Positions 27,491 through 37,634 of a DNA stretch of 64,000 nucleotides are shown piece after piece. The translations under genes were made by a program, and so were the position numbers. The number at the start of each line of letters is the position of its first letter. Position 1 is the first letter of the stretch. A model generated the notes under the pieces. The model was not told the DNA's origin and did not search any database. It worked only from the letters and a program-made list of their open reading frames with translations. Origin of the DNA: Candidatus Nealsonbacteria bacterium (GTDB taxonomy: Bacteria; Patescibacteriota; Minisyncoccia; Minisyncoccales; PWPS01); the NCBI GenBank assembly GCA_003555075.1, contig PWHW01000002.1, forward strand, positions 14,856 through 78,855, in the 5' to 3' direction.

Positions 27491-28138
27491 ATGACACATA
27501 AAGTTCACCCAAAAATTTATCGTATAGGAGTTACGAAGAGCTGGGATTCCAAAGGTTTTTATGAGAAGAATTTTTCAAAATTCCTTAAGGAGGACAATGA
27601 GATTCGGGAGCTTCTGCGAAAAGAGCTTCGAACTATGGGAGTCGAAAAGGTGGAAATAGAACGCTCTGCTGAGGAAGTGGGAGTTTTGATCTACAGTTCA
27701 AGACCCGGTCTTATAATAGGAAGAGGAGGAGAAGGAGTTAAGAATTTAAAAGAAAAAATTGAAAAGAGACTTCGAAAAGTTTCCGGAAATGAAAAGAAAA
27801 GTATTCGTCTTGAAATAAAGGAAGTTAAGGATCCTTGGATCTCTGCCTCTCTTGCTGCGAGCGAAATTGCAAGGCAACTTGAAAAGAGACTTCCTTATAG
27901 AAAAGTAGTAAAGCAAGCTTTGCATAAAATAGCTATGCACAAAGAGGTTAAGGGCGTTAGAATCCAAGTAGCCGGAAGACTTAATGGGATAGAGATCGCA
28001 CGTAATGAATTCTTTCAGCAAGGACAGCTAAAACGAGCAACAATCCGGGGTGATCTTGATTATGGTTTTGATATGGCAAGATGTCCTTACGGAGCAATAG
28101 GCATTAAGGTTTTTATTTATAAAGGTGAGAAGTTCTAG
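27491..28138 (+). CDS. rpsC: 30S ribosomal protein S3
   Basis: HKVHPKIYRIG and KH-domain motif LIIGRGGEGVKNL. Confidence 0.95.
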   Translation: MTHKVHPKIYRIGVTKSWDSKGFYEKNFSKFLKEDNEIRELLRKELRTMGVEKVEIERSAEEVGVLIYSSRPGLIIGRGGEGVKNLKEKIEKRLRKVSGNEKKSIRLEIKEVKDPWISASLAASEIARQLEKRLPYRKVVKQALHKIAMHKEVKGVRIQVAGRLNGIEIARNEFFQQGQLKRATIRGDLDYGFDMARCPYGAIGIKVFIYKGEKF

Positions 28139-28140
28139 AT

Positions 28141-28545
28141 ATGCTTTTTCCAAAGAAAGTAAAACACAGAAAGCATCGAAAGAAGGTTCCCAAAGGACCT
28201 GCCAGGAAGGGTTGTTTTGTTAATTTTGGAAGCTACGGATTGAAGGCGGAGCAAGGTGGTCTTGTGAGTGCGAGGCAAATAGAGGCCGCAAGAAGGGCCA
28301 TAATCAGATATCTGAGAAAAGGAGGTAAGATGTGGATAAGAGTCTTTCCGGATAGACCTGTTACCAGAAAAGGGCAGGAGGTGCCAATGGGAGGAGGAAA
28401 AGGTGCCGTGGATCATTATGCGGCTCCGGTAAAAAGCGGAAGAGTTATTTTTGAAATAGATGGTATTCCCGAGGAAAAGGCAAAAGAAGCTTTAAGAAAG
28501 GCGGGCGATAAATTACCTGTAAAGTGTAAGTTTGTAAGAAAGTAA
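28141..28545 (+). CDS. rplP: 50S ribosomal protein L16
   Basis: MLFPKKVKHRK...RQIEAARRAI...MGGGKGAVDHY. Confidence 0.95.
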   Translation: MLFPKKVKHRKHRKKVPKGPARKGCFVNFGSYGLKAEQGGLVSARQIEAARRAIIRYLRKGGKMWIRVFPDRPVTRKGQEVPMGGGKGAVDHYAAPVKSGRVIFEIDGIPEEKAKEALRKAGDKLPVKCKFVRK

Positions 28546-28556
28546 GGTGCAAAACC

Positions 28557-28757
28557 ATGAAACCCAAAGAGATCAGAAAAAAATCTGCGAAGGACTGTTT
28601 GAAGCTTTTAAAGGAAAAGCAAAAAAGATTGCATGATATTAAATTTTCAGGGGCGAGTGGTAAAGAAAAAAACACCAAAGAAGCTTCCAATTTGCGCAAG
28701 GATATTGCAAGGATAAAAACCATTTTAAAAGAGTCAGAAAACAATTATGAGGAATAA
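28557..28757 (+). CDS. rpmC: 50S ribosomal protein L29
   Basis: Size, operon position and helical L29 pattern. Confidence 0.88.
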   Translation: MKPKEIRKKSAKDCLKLLKEKQKRLHDIKFSGASGKEKNTKEASNLRKDIARIKTILKESENNYEE

Positions 28758-28992
28758 ATTACAAGGCATAGTGGTGTCCGATAAGATGAATAAGACCGTT
28801 GTCGTAGAAGTTCAGCGAAGGAAGGAGCATCCTCGTTACAAGAAGAGGATCAAAGTGCATAAGAGGTACAAGGCTCATGATGAAAACGAGGAGTATAAAG
28901 AAGGAGATAAGGTTGTTATTGAAGAGTGTAGACCTTTGAGCAAAGATAAGAAATGGAAAGTAAAAGGAAAAATGGAAGAAAGGAAGAGTTAA
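28747..28992 (+). CDS. rpsQ: 30S ribosomal protein S17
   Basis: [18 protein letters not shown]...[18 protein letters not shown]. Confidence 0.93.
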   Translation: MRNKLQGIVVSDKMNKTVVVEVQRRKEHPRYKKRIKVHKRYKAHDENEEYKEGDKVVIEECRPLSKDKKWKVKGKMEERKS

Positions 28993-29023
28993 TTTATTTA
29001 ATTTAGACTTTGTACCAAGGCTT

Positions 29024-29395
29024 ATGATACAAACAGAAACAATGTTGAAGGTTGCCGATAACGCGGGTGCAAAAGAGATACAGTGCTTTCGCGTACTTGG
29101 AGGGACAAGAAAGAAATATGCGCGCATAGGAGATGTAGTGGTTGCTTCCGTAAAGAAGGCGGAACCGCAAAAGGCTGTTAAGAAACATGATGTAGTAAGG
29201 GCGGTTATTGTAAGGCAGAGGTATAATTATCGCAGGAAAGATGGGTCATATGTCAAATTTGATGAGAATGCTGCGGTAATACTTGATGGTAAAACAAATA
29301 AGCCCAAAGGAGGAAGGATATTCGGTCCCGTTCCTCGCGAACTTGCGGAGAAGGGTTTTAAGGAGATAACTACCATGGCAAAGGAGGTGGTATAA
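29024..29395 (+). CDS. rplN: 50S ribosomal protein L14
   Basis: [27 protein letters not shown]. Confidence 0.96.
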   Translation: MIQTETMLKVADNAGAKEIQCFRVLGGTRKKYARIGDVVVASVKKAEPQKAVKKHDVVRAVIVRQRYNYRRKDGSYVKFDENAAVILDGKTNKPKGGRIFGPVPRELAEKGFKEITTMAKEVV

Positions 29396-29438
29396 AAAAG
29401 GATACTGTAAAAATATTAGAAGGTAAAAATATTCGGGA

Positions 29439-29753
29439 ATGAAGATAAAAAAAGGAGACAACGTTTTAGTGATAAAAGGAAAGGATAGGGGAAAGAAAGG
29501 TAAGGTCTTATATGCTTTTCCGAAAGAAAAGAGGGTTTCTGTTGAAGGGGTGAATCTTTTGAAGAAACACATATCCCCTCAGCAACAGAAACAAAAGCAA
29601 AAGGGAAAAGAAAAGACAGGACAGGTAGTAGAATTTCCTGCTCCCTTATCGGTCTCCAATGTTAAACTTTTTTGTGCTAAATGTGAGAAAGGAGTGAGAG
29701 TTACGAAAAAAGAAGGAAAGAGAATTTGTAAAAAATGTAATCAAAAAATATAA
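29439..29753 (+). CDS. rplX: 50S ribosomal protein L24 with C-terminal CxxC...CxxC segment
   Basis: KOW motif MKIKKGDNVLVIKGKDRGKKGKV. C-terminus is FCAKCEKGVRVTKKEGKRICKKCNQKI. Confidence 0.92.
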   Translation: MKIKKGDNVLVIKGKDRGKKGKVLYAFPKEKRVSVEGVNLLKKHISPQQQKQKQKGKEKTGQVVEFPAPLSVSNVKLFCAKCEKGVRVTKKEGKRICKKCNQKI

Positions 29754-30319
29754 TGCAGGACTTAAAGGAAAGGTATAAAAACGAGATAGTTCCGGAATTA
29801 AAGAAAGAGCTTGGAGTTGGAAATGTTTTTGATTGTCCGAGGGTAGAGAAAATAGTGATCAATGTTGGAGTGGGAAGATGGGTGACCAAAGACCCTTCTC
29901 GCAAAGATGAGATACTGGAAAAGATCTTTCACGACCTTTCTTTGATCACGGGTCAAAAACCCCAAGTAAGGAAAGCTAGAAAGTCGATATCCGGTTTTAG
30001 TGTGAAGGAAGGAATGCCGATCGGTGTAAGAGTGACGCTTAGAGGAAAAAGAATGTATCAATTCTTGGAAAAGCTGATAAGTATTGTCTTTCCTCGTATA
30101 AGAGATTTTAAAGGTATTAAAAGATCCTCGGTGGATCAAAGTGGTAATCTCAGCATAGGGATCAAGGAGCAACTTGTTTTTCCCGAAATATCGGCTGATG
30201 ATACGAATTTTCTGTTTGGAATGGAAATAACGGTTGCAACAAGTGCAAAGAGCAAGGAAGAAGGAGTGACTTTACTCAGCAAACTGGGAGTGCCCTTTGA
30301 AAGCAGCGAGAAAAAATAG
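29753..30319 (+). CDS. rplE: 50S ribosomal protein L5
   Basis: [17 protein letters not shown]...[12 protein letters not shown]...FPEI. Confidence 0.95.
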   Translation: MQDLKERYKNEIVPELKKELGVGNVFDCPRVEKIVINVGVGRWVTKDPSRKDEILEKIFHDLSLITGQKPQVRKARKSISGFSVKEGMPIGVRVTLRGKRMYQFLEKLISIVFPRIRDFKGIKRSSVDQSGNLSIGIKEQLVFPEISADDTNFLFGMEITVATSAKSKEEGVTLLSKLGVPFESSEKK

Positions 30320-30348
30320 ATTTCAATTTACTTAGAGTTAAGATAATT

Positions 30349-30534
30349 ATGGCCAGGAAATCAAAAATAGAAAAATCCAAAGAAAAACCGAAATTTATTC
30401 CCAGAAAGGTTAGGAGGTGTTTTAAGTGTGGAAGAGCGAGGGGTTTCTTGAGAAAGTTCGGTCTTTGCAGGATATGTTTTCGTGAAATGGCAAACAAAGG
30501 GGAGGTGCCTGGAGTAAGAAAATCAAGCTGGTAA
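30349..30534 (+). CDS. rpsN: 30S ribosomal protein S14, type Z (zinc-binding, 61 aa)
   Basis: [23 protein letters not shown]. Confidence 0.94.
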   Translation: MARKSKIEKSKEKPKFIPRKVRRCFKCGRARGFLRKFGLCRICFREMANKGEVPGVRKSSW

Positions 30535-30586
30535 AGAGAACAAATTAAAAATATTCCATTTGAATTCATTTTGAGTTTTTATAATT

Positions 30587-30982
30587 ATGTATACAGATCC
30601 AATTGCCGACATGTTAATCAGGATCCGCAATGCGCAAGCGGTGGGAAAGCAAACAGTGGACATTCCCTTTTCTTCGATAAAGCACAGCATTGCTTTATGC
30701 CTTGAAAAGGAGGGTTTCATAGAGAAAGTCTTGAAGAAAAGAAAAGAGAAAAAAAGGTTCTTTAGGATAGTCTTAGGATATGATAAAGAGGGAACTCCTG
30801 TAATAACTCAAATAAAAAGGGTTTCTTCCCCCGGGCAAAGGATCTATAGAAAAAGCAAAGATATGAAAAGAGTGAAAGGAGGAAGAGGGATCTCCATTAT
30901 TTCTACATCAAAAGGAATAATGACGAACAAAGATGCCAAAAGCAAAGAGCTCGGTGGAGAGGTTATTTGTGAAGTGTGGTAA
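30587..30982 (+). CDS. rpsH: 30S ribosomal protein S8
   Basis: DPIADMLIRIRNA...GGEVICEVW. Confidence 0.95.
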   Translation: MYTDPIADMLIRIRNAQAVGKQTVDIPFSSIKHSIALCLEKEGFIEKVLKKRKEKKRFFRIVLGYDKEGTPVITQIKRVSSPGQRIYRKSKDMKRVKGGRGISIISTSKGIMTNKDAKSKELGGEVICEVW

Positions 30983-31023
30983 TCTTCTTTGAAGCAGAAA
31001 AGGAAAAAAATTATTATAAAATT

Positions 31024-31563
31024 ATGTCCAGAATAGGAAAAAAACCGATAAATATTCCTCAAGGAGTGGAGATTAAGAAAGAGGGAGAAATGATAACAGT
31101 AAAAGGCCCCAAAGGGGAACTTTCCTTGGAAGTTCCCGCGGAGATAAGCGTAGAGATCGGGGAAAACGAGATCAATGTGTTGGAAGGAAAAAAGAGTAAA
31201 AAAAGCAAAGCAATGTGGGGAACCTTCAGGTCTTTGATAAGCAATATGGTAACGGGAGTCAAAGAGGGGTATAAAAAAGAACTTCAAGTAAAAGGAGTTG
31301 GTTACCGGGCAGAGATGCAAGGAGAAAATTTGATTTTAAGAGTAGGTTTCTCACACCCGGTGGAAGTGAAAAAGGAAGAAGGAGTGGATTTTTCCGTCAA
31401 CAAAGATATAATAACCGTCTCAGGAACCAAAAAAGATCTGGTTCATAGAATTGCGGCGGAAATCAGGAAAATAAGACCCCCTGAACCCTACAAGGGTAAA
31501 GGAATAAGATATAAAGGTGAGGAGATTACCCTTAAGGAAGGAAAGAAGGGGGCTGGAAAATAA
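31024..31563 (+). CDS. rplF: 50S ribosomal protein L6
   Basis: MSRIGKKPINIPQGVE...GVGYRA. The internal ATG is chosen over the track ORF start. Confidence 0.94.
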   Translation: MSRIGKKPINIPQGVEIKKEGEMITVKGPKGELSLEVPAEISVEIGENEINVLEGKKSKKSKAMWGTFRSLISNMVTGVKEGYKKELQVKGVGYRAEMQGENLILRVGFSHPVEVKKEEGVDFSVNKDIITVSGTKKDLVHRIAAEIRKIRPPEPYKGKGIRYKGEEITLKEGKKGAGK

Positions 31564-31573
31564 ATTGTAAAAT

Positions 31574-31930
31574 ATGATGATGGGAAAAAAAGAAAAACTA
31601 AAAAGAAGACACAAAAGGATAAGAGCGCGTATTTCTGGTACGGAAGAAAGACCTCGGCTTCAAGTGTTTCGTTCCTTGAAGTATACTTATGCACAACTTA
31701 TTGATGACGAAAAGGGAATGACCATTGTTTCTGAAAGTGATGTGGGAGCAGATAGCAAAGGAAAATCTTCCAACAAGACAGCCAGGGCTTTGGATGTCGG
31801 TAAAAGAATAGCAAAAAAAGCCAAAGAAAAAGGAATAGAAGAGGTAGTGTTTGACAGAAAAGGATATCTTTATCATGGCCGTGTTAAGGCTGTAGCCGAG
31901 GGAGCTCGCCAGGAGGGATTAAAATTTTAA
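31574..31930 (+). CDS. rplR: 50S ribosomal protein L18
   Basis: [23 protein letters not shown]...[16 protein letters not shown]. Confidence 0.94.
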   Translation: MMMGKKEKLKRRHKRIRARISGTEERPRLQVFRSLKYTYAQLIDDEKGMTIVSESDVGADSKGKSSNKTARALDVGKRIAKKAKEKGIEEVVFDRKGYLYHGRVKAVAEGARQEGLKF

Positions 31931-31936
31931 TATTAA

Positions 31937-32497
31937 ATGGGAAGTATGAAAAAAACCGAAACAAAAAAAGAGTTTGATAGCGAGGTTCTTAGTATAAGCA
32001 GAGTAGAAAGAATGACCGGAGGAGGAAGGAGGTTGAGATTTAGAACGCTTGTTATCGTTGGCGATAAAAGAGGGAGAGTCGGTGCCGGTACGGCAAAGGG
32101 AGGAGATGTGCAGGAATCCATAGAAAAGGCGACCAAGAAGGCCCAAAGATCGGTGGTTAGGGTGCCTATTTCCGAAAGCGGTACCATACCGCACGAAGTA
32201 AAGGCTAAATATGGGGCTGCTACGGTGTTGCTAAAGCCTCAAACTGAAGGAAGGGGTCTTGTTGCCGGTGGAACAGTAAGGACCATATGCTCTATGGCCG
32301 GAATAGTGAATATTTCAGGAAAGATTTTGGGAAATACAAGGAATAAACTGAACAACGCCAAGGCCACCATAAAGGCATTGGAGGAACTCCGAGTTCCACA
32401 AAAAAGCGAGAAGGTTGAGATGGAAGAATACACAGCGGAAGAAGAGAAGAAAGAAGAAAAGAGTGAAAAAAGTGAAAAAGAAAATAAGGAAGAATAA
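31937..32497 (+). CDS. rpsE: 30S ribosomal protein S5 with Glu/Lys-rich C-terminal tail
   Basis: ISRVERMTGGGRRLRFRTLVIVGD..GRVGAG.AKG, followed by an EEKKEEKSEKSEKENKEE tail. Confidence 0.95.
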   Translation: MGSMKKTETKKEFDSEVLSISRVERMTGGGRRLRFRTLVIVGDKRGRVGAGTAKGGDVQESIEKATKKAQRSVVRVPISESGTIPHEVKAKYGAATVLLKPQTEGRGLVAGGTVRTICSMAGIVNISGKILGNTRNKLNNAKATIKALEELRVPQKSEKVEMEEYTAEEEKKEEKSEKSEKENKEE

Positions 32498-32500
32498 AAT

Positions 32501-32944
32501 ATGCAAATACACGAGTTAATACCTAAAAGAAAGAATAAAAAGAAAAAGCGCATTGCTCGAGGAGGAAAGAGAGGAACTTATTCGGGCAAAGGAATGAAGG
32601 GACAAAAATCTCGTGCGGGAGCTAAGATGCAGCCCATGATAAGGGAGCTCATAAAGCGCTATCCGAAGCTCAGGGGTTATAAGTTTTCTCCCCTTTACAG
32701 GGTTCATGTCATAAACATATCCTTTCTTGATAAAATGTTTGAAAGCGGGGATAAAGTGAATAAAAGAGCACTAAGAGAAAAGAAGCTTATAAAAAAAAGC
32801 AGCAAGCTTCCCGTGAAGATCCTGGGTAACGGTGAGACACAGAAAGCATTGCACGTGGAGGGGTGTATTGTCTCTTCTAGTGCAAAGGATAAAATTAAGA
32901 AAGCGGGAGGGAGTGTAACGGAAAATCCAAAGAAGGAGGAATAA
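32501..32944 (+). CDS. rplO: 50S ribosomal protein L15
   Basis: RIARGGKRGTYSGKGMKGQKSRAG. It starts 4 nt after the rpsE stop, leaving no room for rpmD. Confidence 0.94.
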   Translation: MQIHELIPKRKNKKKKRIARGGKRGTYSGKGMKGQKSRAGAKMQPMIRELIKRYPKLRGYKFSPLYRVHVINISFLDKMFESGDKVNKRALREKKLIKKSSKLPVKILGNGETQKALHVEGCIVSSSAKDKIKKAGGSVTENPKKEE

Positions 32945-32969
32945 TGAATCCATTTTTTAAATAAAACCC

Positions 32970-34250
32970 ATGATCAATAAGTTCATAAAAATCTTTCAAG
33001 TTCCCGATCTTCGTAACAGGATACTTTTCATCCTGGGAATTTTTGCTTTGTTCAGGTTCATGGCCAATATTCCGATGCCCGGATTTGATCCGGAAAAAAT
33101 GCAAGAACTATTTGCTAGATTTGAAATGTTTCAATTTGCCGATCTTCTTGTAGGGGGAACTCTTGATCAGTTTTCCATTGTGATGCTGGGTCTTGGGCCA
33201 TATATTACTGCGGTAATTATTATTCAGTTGCTTACTCTTGTTTGGCCACAACTTCAGAAGATGTATCGCGAAGAGGGAGATGCGGGAAGGCAAAAAGTCA
33301 ATCAATACGGGAGAATATTGACCGTGCCCTTTGCGTTCATTCAGGGCTACGGGATGCTTGTTCTGTTTCAAAATCAGCAAGTGCTTCCTCCTTTGGGAGC
33401 TTTGGAGATAATTAATATTTTGATGGTAATTGCCGCAGGAACAGTGTTCTTGATGTGGTTAGGGGAACTTATTTCCGAGAAAGGTATTGGAAATGGTGTC
33501 TCTCTTTTGATCTTTGCAGGTATTATTTCCGCCCTTCCGGCGAACATCGGACACATGATAAGAGAAGTGATGTTTGACCCACAAGCGGTTCCCATGTATC
33601 TTCTTTTCTTTGCACTGGGAATTCCCATTATCATGGGAGTAGTTTATGTAAATGAAGCAAGAAGGAATATACCGGTTTCTTATGCAAGAAGGGTTAGAGG
33701 AAGAAAGATCTATGGGGGTGCTTCTACTTATTTACCATTAAGTCTTAATCCTGCCGGAGTAATTCCCATTATTTTTGCCATGTCCTTAGTAGTTCTCCCT
33801 TCTATGGTGGTTGGCTTTCTTGCTGAAATGGGAGGCACAATAGGAGATGTGGCGAGTACAGTATCCGTATTTCTGGAAACCACTTGGGTGTACGGAGGAT
33901 TGATCTTTATTCTTGTATGTCTTTTTACCTATTTTTATACTGCTGTTACCTTTGATCCGAATAATGTTTCCGAGAATTTGCAAAAAATGGGAGGTTTTGT
34001 GCCGGGAATAAGACCCGGGAAGCCCACTGCAAACTATTTGAGCTATATTTTGAATAGAGTACTTTTTCTTGGAGCTGTCTTTTTGGCAACGGTAGCTGTG
34101 CTTCCCATGATCATTTCGGGTGTTACCGATGTGGAAGCCTTCGGTTTTCTCATAGGAGGTGCTTCCCTCATCATTATTGTGAGCGTGGTACTAGAGACCA
34201 TAAGACAAATAAATGCACAGCTTCAAATGAGAGAATACGAAAGCATATAA
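32970..34250 (+). CDS. secY: Preprotein translocase subunit SecY
   Basis: Ten-TM protein with LGIFALFRFMANIPMPG, GLGPYITAVIIIQLL and GELISEKGIGNGVSLLIFAGI. Confidence 0.97.
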   Translation: MINKFIKIFQVPDLRNRILFILGIFALFRFMANIPMPGFDPEKMQELFARFEMFQFADLLVGGTLDQFSIVMLGLGPYITAVIIIQLLTLVWPQLQKMYREEGDAGRQKVNQYGRILTVPFAFIQGYGMLVLFQNQQVLPPLGALEIINILMVIAAGTVFLMWLGELISEKGIGNGVSLLIFAGIISALPANIGHMIREVMFDPQAVPMYLLFFALGIPIIMGVVYVNEARRNIPVSYARRVRGRKIYGGASTYLPLSLNPAGVIPIIFAMSLVVLPSMVVGFLAEMGGTIGDVASTVSVFLETTWVYGGLIFILVCLFTYFYTAVTFDPNNVSENLQKMGGFVPGIRPGKPTANYLSYILNRVLFLGAVFLATVAVLPMIISGVTDVEAFGFLIGGASLIIIVSVVLETIRQINAQLQMREYESI

Positions 34251-34304
34251 AATTCTCACTCATACTACTATAAAAAGCATCCATTTTGCGTTCTTGCGCT
34301 CAAC

Positions 34305-34883
34305 ATGTCACCAAAGATAATTTTTCTCATAGGAAGGCCCGGATCCGGGAAAGGGACTCAGCTTGATTTTCTTATCGAGGATACCGGATTTGAATTTGTA
34401 AAAACAGGTGTGGAGCTTCGCAAAAGAGCCAAGAAAGATGACTTTATAGGAAAAAAAACAGAAGAAGCTCTCTCGCAAGGAAAATTAATTCCCACTCCGC
34501 TTGTGTTTTTGATATGGATGCCTTTGCTCATTGAATTTCATGAACGTGGAGCAGAAGGTATTATATTTGATGGAAATCCTCGTAAACTATATGAAGCAAA
34601 AATGCTTGAGGAAGTTTTTGAAATGTTTGAATGGAAGGATGTCATAGCTTGTCATATAAAGATAAGTGAAAAAGAAGCTTATCAGCGCTTGAAGAAAAGA
34701 GGAAGAAGTGATGACACAAAAGAAGATATAAAAGAACGGCTCAGTTGGTTTAAGGAAGAAGTAGAACCGGTCATTGAGTATTTTCATAAAAGAGGATTGC
34801 TCTTGGAAATAGATGGGGAACAGTCTGTAGAGGATGTCTGGAAAGAGCTTAAAGAAAAAGTGGAACCTTTTTTGAATGAATGA
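34305..34883 (+). CDS. adk: Adenylate kinase (short-LID type)
   Basis: P-loop GRPGSGKGTQ, GKLIP, and short LID RGRSDDT. Canonical position after secY. Confidence 0.92.
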   Translation: MSPKIIFLIGRPGSGKGTQLDFLIEDTGFEFVKTGVELRKRAKKDDFIGKKTEEALSQGKLIPTPLVFLIWMPLLIEFHERGAEGIIFDGNPRKLYEAKMLEEVFEMFEWKDVIACHIKISEKEAYQRLKKRGRSDDTKEDIKERLSWFKEEVEPVIEYFHKRGLLLEIDGEQSVEDVWKELKEKVEPFLNE

Positions 34884-34884
34884 C

Positions 34885-34910
34885 AAAAAAGAGGAAAAAC
34901 CTCTTTTTTT
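34885..34910 (+). terminator. Weak intrinsic terminator after adk
   Basis: AAAGAGG-AAAAA-CCTCTTT followed by a T-run. Confidence 0.45.
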
Positions 34911-34965
34911 ATTCTCTTATCAAAAATCTTTTTAAGTATCATTGTTTTTTAATGCTTTTGCTGTC

Positions 34966-35715
34966 ATGTTCCATCTAAAGTCGGAAGAAGAAATCAAGAT
35001 AATGCGAAAAGGGGGAAGATTGCTTGCGGAAACAATGGAAGAGATAAAAAGAAGGGCTTTACCAGGGGTTACTACTCTTTCTTTGAATGATCATGCTCAA
35101 GAGCTTATTCTTAAAAAAGGAGGTAAGCCGTCCTTCAAGGGGTATAAAGGTTTTCCGGCAGCACTTTGTACTAGCGTCAATGAGGTCATTGTGCATGGCA
35201 TTCCTTCTAATTATAGATTAAAGGAAGGAGATATACTTTCTCTTGACCTGGGATTTTTCTATAAGGGGTTTCATACTGACATGGCTGTCACTGTTCCCAT
35301 AGGGGATTGCCAAGGAGAGGTATTGCGTCTGTTAAGGGAAACCAAGAAATCTCTCAAAAGAGGGATTAAGAACTCTCGAGAGGGCAATACTTTGGGAGAT
35401 GTTGGAAATACAATATCAAGACACGCAAAAAAAAGCGGTTTTTATGTGATAAAGGGACTTTGCGGGCATGGAATAGGAAAAGAAGTTCACGAGGAACCTC
35501 AAGTGTTGAATGAAGGGAAGAGAAGAAAAGGAGCGAAACTGGTAAAAGGGGCGGTTTTTTGCATTGAGCCGATGTTCTCAACAGGAAGCCCTTATATAAA
35601 AGAGCATGATGATGGCATGGCGATAAAAACGGCGGATGGCTCGCTTTCAGCTCATTTTGAGCATACGATAGCCATAACAGAAAAAGGAACAAAAGTCATA
35701 ACAGGAATCGACTGA
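34966..35715 (+). CDS. map: Methionine aminopeptidase type I
   Basis: VIVHGIP, DLGFFYKGFHTDMA, GHGIG, FCIEPM and FEHT metal-ligand motifs. Confidence 0.94.
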   Translation: MFHLKSEEEIKIMRKGGRLLAETMEEIKRRALPGVTTLSLNDHAQELILKKGGKPSFKGYKGFPAALCTSVNEVIVHGIPSNYRLKEGDILSLDLGFFYKGFHTDMAVTVPIGDCQGEVLRLLRETKKSLKRGIKNSREGNTLGDVGNTISRHAKKSGFYVIKGLCGHGIGKEVHEEPQVLNEGKRRKGAKLVKGAVFCIEPMFSTGSPYIKEHDDGMAIKTADGSLSAHFEHTIAITEKGTKVITGID

Positions 35716-35738
35716 TCGTTTGAATTTAAATTTTCATT

Positions 35739-36803
35739 TTGTATAATGAAGCTATGAATGAACAAAGCGGGGATTCAAAAAACAAAGAAGAGAAAGAAGA
35801 ATTTCCTTCGCAACTTCGTTATGATATTTCTTCAGGGGAGTGGGTAGTGGTAGCTTCCGGGCGTGCCAAGCGTCCCGAGATGTTTCAGAAGGAAAAAAGA
35901 AGCAAAGAAGAGAGTGCGGACAAGGATTGTCCTTTCTGTGATTTCAATACCATAAAGAACGCTCTTACTGTTTTTGAGAATGGACAAAAGGTGGAAGAGG
36001 TTACCGAGAACTGGAGTGCTGTTTCCATTCCCAATAAGTTCCCGGCATTTCTTCCTTCCGATGACTTGAACAAGAGGTACGAGAACAGCTTGTATCTTAC
36101 AATGAATGCAGTGGGATACCACGAAGTGGTGATCACGCGTGATCACCATAAGTCCATGGGAGAATTACCTGTTGACAAAGTAAGAGAGGTGTTTGCGCTT
36201 TACAAGGAAAGATATTTGGAGCTGAAGCAAAAGAAGCATGTAAATTATGTTTCCATTTTTCACAATCATGGAGCAGAAGCGGGCGCTTCTATAACTCATC
36301 CTCATTCCCAAATAATCACTACTCCACTCATAGATGTTGATTTGAATAAAGCGCTCTCAAAAGTGAAGAATTATCACAGGGAGAAGAAGGATTGTATCTA
36401 TTGTCAAATGAACGAATGGGAAATGAAAAGAAAAGAAAGAGTGGTTTATGAGAATGATCTTTTCTTGGTAGTTTGCCCCTTTGCCTCAAAAGCAGCCTTT
36501 CAAGCGATCGTATCTCCCAAAAAACACCTTGCCTATTTTGAGGAGATCACAGATGAGGAGCTTGATCAATTGGCCGATGCTTTCAGTAAAATACTTTCCA
36601 AGCTCTATAAGGGCTTGAATGATCCTCCTTATAATTTCTATCTTCATTGTGCTCCTCATGACGGAATGAATCATGATTATTATCACTGGCACTGGACAAT
36701 ACTTCCCAAAACAGATGTTTGGGCGGGATTTGAGCTTGGAGCCAGGATGGAAATATCCACTATCAAACCGGAAAAAGCGGCTGAATATCTTAGGGAGCAG
36801 TAA
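35739..36803 (+). CDS. Galactose-1-phosphate uridylyltransferase-like HIT-superfamily nucleotidyltransferase
   Basis: Zn motif CPFCDF and active site HPHSQI. Has tandem half-barrel length. An alternative start exists at 35754. Confidence 0.8.
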   Translation: MYNEAMNEQSGDSKNKEEKEEFPSQLRYDISSGEWVVVASGRAKRPEMFQKEKRSKEESADKDCPFCDFNTIKNALTVFENGQKVEEVTENWSAVSIPNKFPAFLPSDDLNKRYENSLYLTMNAVGYHEVVITRDHHKSMGELPVDKVREVFALYKERYLELKQKKHVNYVSIFHNHGAEAGASITHPHSQIITTPLIDVDLNKALSKVKNYHREKKDCIYCQMNEWEMKRKERVVYENDLFLVVCPFASKAAFQAIVSPKKHLAYFEEITDEELDQLADAFSKILSKLYKGLNDPPYNFYLHCAPHDGMNHDYYHWHWTILPKTDVWAGFELGARMEISTIKPEKAAEYLREQ

Positions 36804-36886
36804 AATGAGGGAATAAATGTTTGTGGCGTCATGAGTTTCGGGTAAACTCCTCTCTAATTATTTGGGTTTTCACATGATCATCTTTT

Positions 36887-37591
36887 ATGAAAAGACCACT
36901 TGTAGTAGCAAACTGGAAAATGAATCCTACTTCTCTCCATGAGGCAAGAGATATATCTCTCTCATCGGATGAAAAGGGAGTAGTCATTTGCCCTCCTTTT
37001 GTTTTTATGGAGGCTGTAAAAATGAATATCAAGAATGCAGAGCTCGGAGCACAAGATTGTTACTTAGAAAGCAGCGGATCATTTACAGGAGAAATATCTC
37101 CTCTTATGCTTGGTAATGTCGGTTGCCGGTATGTAATAGTGGGACATTCTGAAAGAAGAAGAGTTTTCAATGAACTACCGGGTATTATCAAAGATAAATT
37201 GAAGGCTGTTCTTGATGCCGGGCTATCCCCGATATTGTGCGTGGGAGAGAATAGTAAAAAGGATGACGCCGAGAGAGTGTTAGAGGAGCAACTTGGTGAT
37301 ATAGTGGAATATTTGGAGGATAATGTGATAATAGCCTACGAACCGGTTTTTGCGATCGGAACAGGGGAGGCTTGTTCTCCCGGTTTAGCAAAGAAGAGGA
37401 GAGAGCATATCAAGGAATTCATAAGAAGCAAGAGATCGAATATAGTCCCTTCTTTTCTTTATGGCGGAAGCGTTGGACCGGAAAATGCTGCTTGCTATAT
37501 TGAAGAAGCTGGTTTTGACGGTCTTCTTGTCGGAGGGGCTTCCCTTGAAAGTGATAAATTCAATATCATCTTGCAAAAACTGGGCTGGTAG
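36887..37591 (+). CDS. tpiA: Triosephosphate isomerase
   Basis: VVANWKMN, VIVGHSERR, AYEPVFAIGTG and LYGGSV. Confidence 0.93.
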   Translation: MKRPLVVANWKMNPTSLHEARDISLSSDEKGVVICPPFVFMEAVKMNIKNAELGAQDCYLESSGSFTGEISPLMLGNVGCRYVIVGHSERRRVFNELPGIIKDKLKAVLDAGLSPILCVGENSKKDDAERVLEEQLGDIVEYLEDNVIIAYEPVFAIGTGEACSPGLAKKRREHIKEFIRSKRSNIVPSFLYGGSVGPENAACYIEEAGFDGLLVGGASLESDKFNIILQKLGW

Positions 37592-37634
37592 TTATTATTG
37601 AAGAGAGTATGGAAATTTTGATAAACTTGTCTTT

